From NCBI RefSeq assembly GCF_004376175.1, contig NZ_SNUY01000096.1, positions 1 through 9,820 of the forward strand: DNA of 9,820 nucleotides. Reading direction: 5' to 3'. The stretch is from Halalkalibacterium halodurans (GTDB lineage Bacteria; Bacillota; Bacilli; Bacillales; Bacillaceae_D). Shown here piece after piece: positions 1-7,031 of this stretch. Numbering within the stretch: the first letter of the stretch is position 1; every line of letters begins with the position of its first letter. Made by a program: the position numbers and the translations under genes. The notes under the pieces are model-generated. The model was not told the DNA's origin. It ran no database searches and saw only the letters and a program-made list of their open reading frames with translations.

Positions 1-354
1 GCACAGCATTTCTTCGCAGAGAACCACATATCGTTTGACGTAAAACAGGTCATCGGGCTAACAAATGAAGACGATGTCTCTAGAGAGTATCGACCTCTCA
101 AGCAAATCATCGAGAGACTAAATCGCACGTTTAAAGGGAATTATCGATCGACGCACGGCTTTGGTTCTGAACAAGGATCTGTTTCTTTTGTGACATTGTT
201 TGTGGCTTACTTTAACTTCTTACGTCCACATTCTTCACTCGAAGGGAAAGTGCCAGTAACAATTCCAGAATTAGAAAAGCTACCAACCATGCCAGCGAGG
301 TGGACAGCCCTTATTGGATTAGCTCAAGACTGGATTCAACAACAGTCAGCCTAA
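1..354 (+). CDS. DDE transposase, C-terminal 117 aa (5' partial; the gene starts upstream of the window)
   Basis: Frame +1 is open from base 1 to TAA at 352-354. It is absent from the ORF track only because there is no start codon in the window. The translation ...KQIIERLNRTFKGNYRSTHGFGSEQGSVSFVTLFVAYFNFLRPHSSLEGKVPV... shows the catalytic-Glu motif (E-x6-K) and the Y-x-N-x-x-RPH-x-x-L-x-G-x-x-P motif typical of retroviral-integrase-like (rve) DDE transposases (IS481/IS3/IS6-like). The family is not resolved by eye. Confidence 0.75.
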   Translation, partial: AQHFFAENHISFDVKQVIGLTNEDDVSREYRPLKQIIERLNRTFKGNYRSTHGFGSEQGSVSFVTLFVAYFNFLRPHSSLEGKVPVTIPELEKLPTMPARWTALIGLAQDWIQQQSA

Positions 355-379
355 CTTTTGTTTAGCTGAGCCCTATTCA

Positions 380-530
380 GCTATCGGCGAAGCGAACTCT
401 TGACAAACCGAACTTGCCAATGGTTTAAAATGGAAAAAGTCAAGGGTTTATTTAGCATGCCTTCTTTTGTTCCCTTCGCCCTTGATTGACCTCTGAATAA
501 ACCATTGGTGTGTTTGTCAAGAGCGATAGC
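380..530 (+). other. Long imperfect hairpin inside the IS non-coding tail (three helices of 7, 12 and 11 bp)
   Basis: Three segment pairs are complementary: 380-386 GCTATCG with 524-530 CGATAGC, 397-408 CTCTTGACAAAC with 512-523 GTTTGTCAAGAG, and 416-426 GCCAATGGTTT with 499-509 AAACCATTGGT. The 5' arm carries a bulge at 387-396 made of the tandem GCGAA GCGAA. The apical 72 nt contain a further 7-bp pair, 440-446 TCAAGGG with 479-485 CCCTTGA. Confidence 0.6.
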
Positions 531-602
531 GTGGCATTTCCACCTAATAAATGGTAGGTAGTATGAACCGTGCTAGTTTTTCATAGAACTTTTGACACTA
601 CC
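382..602. repeat. Left arm of a 221/220-bp inverted repeat (IS end), partner 9601-9820
   Basis: Base-by-base comparison with the reverse complement of 9601-9820 gives these differences: 532 T>C, 536 A>C, 509 T>C, 463 T>A, 454 A>G, and one T fewer in the run 447-449. The terminal 66 bp (537-602) and bases 382-446 are identical. Confidence 0.95.
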
Positions 603-1082
603 CGTGTCCACTTCATAAATCCATGTTGAATTGACGGGTAATTCAAAATAGCGTTGGAAATGGTCCTCAATTTCTTTTTTCGTAATCCGCTGTAATCCCC
701 AATTATTCATGAGCCATTCTTGGTTTGTGCTCAGCAACACAATGTCTTCAATACCAATCTCGTATGTTTGAAGGTGGGTTAATTCTTTGCGAATATCGTT
801 ATACAGTTGAAACTGTGTAGCAGTTAACGGTTGGTTCAACGTGTCTCGAAGCAAGCTTGAGTTGACAAAGTATGTGAGCGAATGGTCGGCTGTTTTTAAA
901 ATGTGTTCAATGTTCGTTTGCGTTTGGTAGACGCTGGAGCGCTTATCCTCCGAAACTTGTTCATGAATCGCGTCTGAAGCTTTAATGTAAGAAAATGTGC
1001 CTACAAGCAAGACTGGCAAAGTGCTTAAAATCAAAATAAATAAGATCAAACGAACATAGAACGTTGTCTTACGTTTGAACAT
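573..1082 (-). pseudogene. IS-truncated membrane sensor/regulator: native N-terminal 160 aa (603-1082) of a YesM-type histidine kinase or YtdP-type membrane-anchored AraC regulator, fused to 9 IS-encoded codons (573-602)
   Basis: ATG at 1082-1080 follows GGAGG (complement of 1089-1093) with a 6-nt spacer. The N-terminus MFKRKTTFYVRLILFILILSTLPVLLVGTFSY is one TM helix followed by an extracytoplasmic sensor-like region. That architecture is typical of sugar-locus YesM/YtdP sensors, which are several hundred aa long. No HAMP, kinase or HTH part is present. The reading frame runs into the IS end and stops at the IS-borne TAG. Confidence 0.7.
592..619 (+). promoter_or_regulatory. Candidate outward-facing hybrid promoter: -35 inside the IS terminus, -10 in the cargo
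   Basis: A perfect TTGACA lies at 592-597, 5 bp from the IS tip. After a 16-bp spacer comes CATAAA at 614-619 (4/6 to TATAAT) in the flanking DNA. It points into the cargo on the + strand. Confidence 0.3.
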
Positions 1083-1104
1083 GCGGCACCTCCTTACGAA
1101 TATT

Positions 1105-1118
1105 TGATAGCGCTTTCA
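1105..1118. promoter_or_regulatory. Candidate catabolite-responsive element (cre, CcpA operator) 1
   Basis: TGATAGCGCTTTCA matches all fixed positions of the TGWNANCGNTNWCA cre consensus. It lies 23 nt upstream of the minus-strand sensor start codon. Confidence 0.55.
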
Positions 1119-1214
1119 CTAAACAGATTATACCTTCTTTTTCAAAATGAAAAAAGTGTTCGGAAAATTGTAACAAGTGGAAGGAAGAGTGTGAGGATAT
1201 CGTCAAAGCTACGA

Positions 1215-1242
1215 GTGACAAGGGGTTTACTAGGGTCATAAT
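1215..1242 (+). promoter_or_regulatory. Candidate sigmaA promoter for the plus-strand operon
   Basis: GTGACA (1215-1220), a 16-nt spacer, then CATAAT (1237-1242); each hexamer is 5/6 to consensus. An alternative is TTTACA (1305-1310), 18 nt, TATAGA (1329-1334), whose -35 overlaps cre 2. Confidence 0.3.
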
Positions 1243-1296
1243 CATTAGTTAACATCACGTTCATTTCTTCAGTTCTTTACCTGCTAAGGCTACCTG

Positions 1297-1310
1297 TGAT
1301 AGCGTTTACA
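1297..1310. promoter_or_regulatory. Candidate catabolite-responsive element (cre) 2
   Basis: TGATAGCGTTTACA fully matches TGWNANCGNTNWCA and is 12/14 identical to cre 1. It lies 87 nt upstream of the permease start. Confidence 0.55.
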
Positions 1311-1396
1311 ACTGCGTCACTTGATGATTATAGACGATATGAAGCGATTTGCGTTACGTTGGGGATAACGTTACGAGCAAAGGAGGTTCATCCCTA

Positions 1397-2374
1397 ATGG
1401 CGCAAGCTTCAGTTGAACAAGCGTTGCCGATTGAATCGGCGGCTCCCTCCATTCCAAAAAAAGTGAGGCGACAGCAAAAGCTTAAGCGAATCTTTCGCAA
1501 CAAATATTTGTATCTCATGATTTTACCGGGACTTGTTTACTTTCTCATTTTTAAATACGTCCCGATGTGGGGGCTTATCATCGCTTTTCAAGATTATCAG
1601 CCGTTTCTTGGTGTGACAGGAAGCGAATGGGTCGGCTTTAAACATTTTGAGCGATTGTTTACAGAACCGACATTTTTCCAACTATTACGCAACACACTCG
1701 TTCTATTTTTGTACAATTTAATCTTCTTTTTTCCGGTACCGATCATTCTAGCGGTGCTTTTAAATGAGATTCGTCTCATGGTGTTTAAACGTTTTGTCCA
1801 GACGATGATTTACATTCCCCACTTCATGTCATGGGTTATTGTCGTATCGCTTACGTATGTATTGTTTACGACTGATGGTGGTGTGATCAATGAGATCATT
1901 TATAGTATCACGGGAAAAAACGTGAACTTCTTAATGAGTGAGGATTGGTTCCGTCCTCTTTATATCTTGCAGGTCATTTGGCGGGAAGCGGGCTGGGCAA
2001 CGATTATTTATTTTGCAGCAATCGCGGCAATTGATCCGTCCTTGTATGAAGCAGCGAAGATGGATGGTGCCAATCGCTTTCGGCAAATTTGGCACATTAC
2101 GTTACCAGCGATTCGCAGTGTCATTGTCGTCCTCTTAATTCTGAAAATTGGTGATATTCTTGAGCTTGGTTTTGAGCATGTATTCCTGATGCTAAACGCG
2201 ATGAATCGCGAAGTGGCAGAAATTTTTGATACGTACGTTTATACAGCAGGTTTAAAGGAAGGCCAATTTAGCTACAGTACCGCGGTAGGTTTCTTCAAGT
2301 CAATTGTCGGTTTGATCATGGTCATGCTTGCGAACTGGTTGGCAAAGAAATTTGGAGAAGAAGGCGTGTATTAA
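1397..2374 (+). CDS. Sugar ABC transporter permease, LplB/YteP type (MalF-like, polysaccharide/oligosaccharide uptake)
   Basis: ATG at 1397 is preceded by AAAGGAGG (1379-1386). The ORF track's TTG at 1349 has no RBS. The protein is multi-TM and carries the EAA loop YEAAKMDGANRFRQIWHITLPAIRS. The N-terminal KLKRIFRNKYLYLMILPGLVYFLIFKYVPMWG is characteristic of LplB/YteP permeases. It occupies the same position as yteP upstream of yteR in B. subtilis. Confidence 0.85.
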   Translation: MAQASVEQALPIESAAPSIPKKVRRQQKLKRIFRNKYLYLMILPGLVYFLIFKYVPMWGLIIAFQDYQPFLGVTGSEWVGFKHFERLFTEPTFFQLLRNTLVLFLYNLIFFFPVPIILAVLLNEIRLMVFKRFVQTMIYIPHFMSWVIVVSLTYVLFTTDGGVINEIIYSITGKNVNFLMSEDWFRPLYILQVIWREAGWATIIYFAAIAAIDPSLYEAAKMDGANRFRQIWHITLPAIRSVIVVLLILKIGDILELGFEHVFLMLNAMNREVAEIFDTYVYTAGLKEGQFSYSTAVGFFKSIVGLIMVMLANWLAKKFGEEGVY

Positions 2375-3490
<1,116 letters not shown>

Positions 3491-3503
3491 TGAGGAGATC
3501 ACG

Positions 3504-3983
3504 ATGAAATGGTTCATTTTGTTGCTCAGTTTGTACGTCATTAGCGGCTGTAGCAACTCATCGGATCAACTAGAAGTAAAAATTTATTCGGAATCGTTAC
3601 AGCCTTTTGTGCATGAAATAGAACGAGCGGTTTCCGACGTTCGCGCAGTAGACATCCAGTTTCAAGCACCGTTTGCTGAAAAGCTCGTGCTGGATATCGT
3701 GGCGCAAGAAGGAGATTTGTTCATCGTGGACGAAGACTTGCTTCGTGCGATCTATGATCCTATCGGCCTCTACCCACTATATGAGGTGAGTCGTGAGTCG
3801 TTCGTTGATCAAGAGCGACTCAGTGATTATGAGGATCGAGAAGGAGGAGAAGTGACGTACTATGCCCTCCCTCTTTCCTTTGCAGGTTCAGACGTAGCTC
3901 TGTTCATCCCTCTATATAGTGAGCGTAAGGAGGAGGTTATGGATTTACTAATCGATGGATTTGATCTCCAATTAGAAAGGTGA
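3504..3983 (+). CDS. Small lipoprotein of unknown function (YteS-like by position and size)
   Basis: GAGGAG at 3492-3497, then ATG at 3504. The signal peptide MKWFILLLSLYVISGC ends in the lipobox ISGC. At 159 aa it sits between the yteR and yteT homologues, as yteS does in B. subtilis. I recognise no catalytic motif. Confidence 0.6.
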   Translation: MKWFILLLSLYVISGCSNSSDQLEVKIYSESLQPFVHEIERAVSDVRAVDIQFQAPFAEKLVLDIVAQEGDLFIVDEDLLRAIYDPIGLYPLYEVSRESFVDQERLSDYEDREGGEVTYYALPLSFAGSDVALFIPLYSERKEEVMDLLIDGFDLQLER

Positions 3984-3993
3984 GAAAAGAACG

Positions 3994-5286
3994 ATGAAAA
4001 AATACGCGATTTGTGGAGTTAGTAATCGGGCATTGAGGATGTTTATTGCCCCCATACTGGACCAATATGCGAAAAATCACCAAGTAGTTGCCCTGTTGGA
4101 TCAAGACCCGAGACGGCTAGAGATTGCAAAGGAGCAATATCCTCAACTTGAATCAGTACAAGGCTACGATGACCAATCGTTTGAACAGATGATGAATGAG
4201 ACCAAGCCGGATGTGTTGCTCGTTTGCAGCCGTGATGATACGCACATTGACTACATTTTGAAAGGATTAGCCCACGATCTACATGTCATAACGGAAAAGC
4301 CAATGGTTACAACCGCTAAGGATGCAAAGCGGGTCATTGAAGCAGAAAACAAAAGTCGCGGAAAGGTGACCGTAACGTTTAATTATCGCTACGGATCCCA
4401 TCATCGAAAAATTAAAGAGCTTATTTTAGAAGGACGGTTAGGGCGGATTACGTCGATTGATTTTAATTGGTACATCGATACGTATCACGGGGCAAGCTAT
4501 TTTAAGCGTTGGAATCGAGTGAGAGACTATTCGGGTGGCTTGTCGATCCATAAGTCGACGCACCACTTTGATTTAGTCAACTGGTGGGTGGATCAGCGTC
4601 CGGTCGAAGCGTTCGCATACGGAGCCCTTAACTATTACGGAGCAGACGGTGAATTAAACCCTTCGAAAAAAAATGGACGTTTTTGTGGTACTTGTGACGA
4701 GCAAGATCGATGTCAATATTATCGCCGATGGACGACACGGTCACAAAGCTCGGCCGCAAAGGATGATCATATTGAATATGTCCCGAGCACGGCGAAGCTT
4801 TATACCGACTATCGGCCAGATGCCTGTATTTTCGATGAGGAAATCAACATCGAAGACACGTATGTTGCAACGGTTCGCTACGACCGGGGAACGCTATTAA
4901 GCTATTCGATTAATTTTTCCACTCCTTATGAAGGTTACCATCTAGTAATAAATGGGACGAAGGGACGGATTGAAACGAAAGAATATCATGAGCCGAGCCG
5001 GATTCCGTTTCCATTTGATGAGCAAACCATTGATTATTATCCTTTGTTCGGTTCAAAGGAGACGATTCACGTCGTGACGAATGAAGGTGGTCACGGTGGT
5101 GGCGATCCGATTTTGTTAGAGGATCTGTTTTTAGGCGTTGATCCTGCAAGACCGTATGAGATTTTAGCCGGGGCACAGGCAGGGTTTGATTCGATTGCTG
5201 TCGGTGAGGCAGTCTGGCGCTCAGTACAGACAGGACAACCGATTAAAATCGATGATTTACTGAAAGTGGAAGTACAGCAAAGATAA
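3994..5286 (+). CDS. Gfo/Idh/MocA-family oxidoreductase (YteT-like)
   Basis: The N-terminal Rossmann beta-alpha-beta MKKYAICGVSNRALRMF...VVALLDQD is followed by the family hallmark EKP motif (VITEKPMVTT). The 430-aa size and the position after the lipoprotein gene match B. subtilis yteT. Confidence 0.75.
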   Translation: MKKYAICGVSNRALRMFIAPILDQYAKNHQVVALLDQDPRRLEIAKEQYPQLESVQGYDDQSFEQMMNETKPDVLLVCSRDDTHIDYILKGLAHDLHVITEKPMVTTAKDAKRVIEAENKSRGKVTVTFNYRYGSHHRKIKELILEGRLGRITSIDFNWYIDTYHGASYFKRWNRVRDYSGGLSIHKSTHHFDLVNWWVDQRPVEAFAYGALNYYGADGELNPSKKNGRFCGTCDEQDRCQYYRRWTTRSQSSAAKDDHIEYVPSTAKLYTDYRPDACIFDEEINIEDTYVATVRYDRGTLLSYSINFSTPYEGYHLVINGTKGRIETKEYHEPSRIPFPFDEQTIDYYPLFGSKETIHVVTNEGGHGGGDPILLEDLFLGVDPARPYEILAGAQAGFDSIAVGEAVWRSVQTGQPIKIDDLLKVEVQQR

Positions 5287-5318
5287 AAACGCAGGGTCTC
5301 ATATGAAAGGGGGAGAAC

Positions 5319-5975
5319 ATGGTGGTGGAAATGCACGGGTTTACAGGAGCTTTTTATCGAGTCTGTGTCTGGATTGCTCGCTTTGCTTATGTGAATGCGT
5401 TATGGGTGACGTTTACCTTACTAGGGCTAATTGTCCTTGGCTTTATGCCCGCAACGACGGCGATGTTTGCCGTTGTTCGTAGGTGGGTGCAAAACGATCA
5501 CGACATCCCGATCTTTAAAACCTTTGTCACCAACTATCGAAAAGACTTCGTCAAAGCGAATGGACTCGGGCTCTTTTATGGCCTCCTGATCGGACTCATT
5601 TTGGTCAATCTTGCCCTGCTTCCTCCCGACCCGTTGTGGGCCACACTGTTACGCTATGTTTTTATGTTCATGGGCCTCCTTACATTCGGAGCTTTGTTGT
5701 TTCTCATTCCAGTATTTGTCCAATTTGAGCTTTCTATTTATCAATACGTAAGAACGTCGATAATGCTCGCATTATCGTATCCACATTATGCGATCACAAT
5801 GACTGCTGGGATGTTCGCCCTTCAATACGTATTCATGACGGTCCCAGGGCTTATCCCATTTTTTGCTGCAAGCTTTATTAGCTATGTTTTGATGTGGTTG
5901 TCCAACCGTGTGTTCTCTCATCTTAAAAAGAGGAGTGACGCGACTGATTATGAAGCACAGGCGAGCGGGGTGTAG
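5319..5975 (+). CDS. DUF624 (YesL/YteU family) integral membrane protein
   Basis: FYRVCVWIARFAYVNALWVTFTLLGLIVLGFMPATTAMFAVVRRW is the typical DUF624 N-terminus, and the protein has several TM segments. The start is uncertain: the GGGGGAG RBS at 5309-5315 fits GTG 5322/5325 or ATG 5331 about as well as ATG 5319. Confidence 0.75.
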   Translation: MVVEMHGFTGAFYRVCVWIARFAYVNALWVTFTLLGLIVLGFMPATTAMFAVVRRWVQNDHDIPIFKTFVTNYRKDFVKANGLGLFYGLLIGLILVNLALLPPDPLWATLLRYVFMFMGLLTFGALLFLIPVFVQFELSIYQYVRTSIMLALSYPHYAITMTAGMFALQYVFMTVPGLIPFFAASFISYVLMWLSNRVFSHLKKRSDATDYEAQASGV

Positions 5976-6053
5976 AGAAATGAGTTGATAAAAGGACGAG
6001 TGTAAAGGGAACGATAACAGGACAACGGGTTGATGCTAGGAGGATTTACATCT

Positions 6054-7031
6054 ATGGTTGACGACCGATTTAACCATTTTCGAATCATAAACCGAATCCT
6101 TGAGAAAGGGATGCCTGTCTTAACACCTGTCAGTGTGGCCATAGGCGTTTGGATGGCTGAAAGATTTTCTAACTTTGCAAGCGCGGTCCCATGGTTGTTT
6201 GCGGTTATTAGCTTTGTTGGTGCATTAGGGTTAACGTTGGTCGATATTAGGGAGCGTTTGCGCCGTCCGCTGGCCATGATCGTCACGTTGTTTATTTTAC
6301 AAATTTTAATGCCGCTTATTGCATTGCTTGTAGGCATGTTGCTGTTTGACCCAATGACGAGGTCTGGGCTTGTGCTAGCCTTCTCTATCCCGACAGGTGT
6401 GATGAGCTTAATGTGGGTGACGATTTATCATGGCAACAAAAGCTTTGCCTTAGCAGTGGTCTTCATTCATACACTCCTTTCCCCCTTTTTCATTCCGTGG
6501 ACATTGCGCTGGTTTATTGGGACTGATATTCCGTTTGATGTGGGCGGCATGGTATGGGGGCTACTATGGATGATTGTGATTCCTTCGCTGCTTGCCATTA
6601 GTGCCACTCGCTATACCCCGAAAGTCGTCCCTATGATGAAGGATGTGCTGTCCCCGATTGCTAAGCTACACCTTATTCTCATTATAATGATCAATAGCTC
6701 GGTTGCTGCACCGTTCATTCGGTCATGGGATCTTTCCCTTTTATACATCATCTTGACCGTCCTTGCCATTGCATTAAGCGGCTATGGTCTCGGTTATGTA
6801 GGCGCAAGGCTGTTGAAGCTCGATGAATCGATGAGAATTAGCATGGTCTACACGTGCGGGATGAGAAACATCGGGGCCGGTGCAGCGTTAGCTGTCGCCT
6901 ATTTTCCGCCACCGGTTATGGTCCCGATCGTGGCTGCGATCTTATTTCAACAAGTGCTAGCTGCGGCGTTAGGGAAGTGGATGCGAACAGGAAGAACTGA
7001 CCAGTCTCTTATAGGAAGGGGAACGACATGA
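6054..7031 (+). CDS. BASS / SBF-like (bile acid:Na+ symporter superfamily) transporter, substrate unknown
   Basis: AGGAGG at 6038-6043 gives a 10-nt spacing to ATG 6054, which I prefer over TTG 6030. The protein has about 9-10 TM segments. It shows a duplicated-core signature: FSIPTGVMS in the first half and CGMRNIGAGAALAVAYF in the second, compare G-x-Q/R-N-x-G-L-A of the BASS/ACR3 fold. Its stop overlaps the uxaA start (ATGA at 7028-7031). Confidence 0.6.
   Translation: MVDDRFNHFRIINRILEKGMPVLTPVSVAIGVWMAERFSNFASAVPWLFAVISFVGALGLTLVDIRERLRRPLAMIVTLFILQILMPLIALLVGMLLFDPMTRSGLVLAFSIPTGVMSLMWVTIYHGNKSFALAVVFIHTLLSPFFIPWTLRWFIGTDIPFDVGGMVWGLLWMIVIPSLLAISATRYTPKVVPMMKDVLSPIAKLHLILIIMINSSVAAPFIRSWDLSLLYIILTVLAIALSGYGLGYVGARLLKLDESMRISMVYTCGMRNIGAGAALAVAYFPPPVMVPIVAAILFQQVLAAALGKWMRTGRTDQSLIGRGTT

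Larger units (their letters stand above)
1..602 (+). mobile_element. Insertion sequence copy A: 3' portion up to its terminus (transposase tail plus 248-bp non-coding end)
   Basis: The transposase C-terminus lies at 1-354. Bases 382-602 recur as a reverse complement at 9601-9820. Similarity stops exactly at 602/603 and 9600/9601, which defines the terminus as GGTAGTGTCAAAAGTTC (read inward). The GGT...TGTCAAAAGTT start resembles IS6/IS1-type terminal repeats. Confidence 0.8.

Noticed and set aside
363-383. Hairpin TAGCTGA-N7-TCAGCTA directly after the transposase stop, as an intrinsic terminator
   Set aside because: No U-tract follows it (the next bases are TCGGCGAAG). It also overlaps the base of the larger 380-530 hairpin. 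It may be part of the same structured tail, but it is not a canonical terminator.
355-602. The IS tail as a guide or bridge-type RNA, as in IS110 or IS200/IS605 TnpB systems
   Set aside because: The transposase tail seen here is an rve-type DDE enzyme, not a DEDD recombinase or TnpB. I found no loop sequence complementary to the flanking target DNA (603-620 or 9583-9600). The idea is kept only as a remote possibility under the structured-tail finding.
1138-1154. AT-only palindrome TTTTTCA-AAA-TGAAAAA in the divergent intergenic region, next to a perfect minus-strand TATAAT (complement of 1127-1132)
   Set aside because: A low-complexity A/T palindrome has little information content. The TATAAT has no acceptable -35 at a 16-18 bp spacing, so I did not call a promoter or operator.
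1147-1173. 8-codon mini-ORF (MKKVFGKL), plus a 9-codon uORF at 1339-1368 (MKRFALRWG) in the operon leader
   Set aside because: Neither has a recognisable RBS. ORFs this short occur by chance in AT-rich intergenic DNA, and I see no attenuator-type alternative hairpins.
1352-1375. Direct repeat CGTTACG at 1352-1358 and 1369-1375 (17-bp period), just upstream of the permease RBS, as a possible response-regulator site
   Set aside because: The match is only 7 bp. It lies in the leader immediately before the RBS rather than upstream of a promoter. It cannot be separated from chance without comparative data.
1349-1396. TTG start at 1349 for the permease, as in the ORF track
   Set aside because: There is no Shine-Dalgarno sequence upstream of 1349. 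ATG 1397 has AAAGGAGG at 1379-1386, so the extra 16 residues are probably not translated.
6030-6053. TTG 6030 or ATG 6033 as the start of the BASS transporter
   Set aside because: The only strong RBS (AGGAGG at 6038-6043) lies downstream of these codons and is correctly spaced for ATG 6054.
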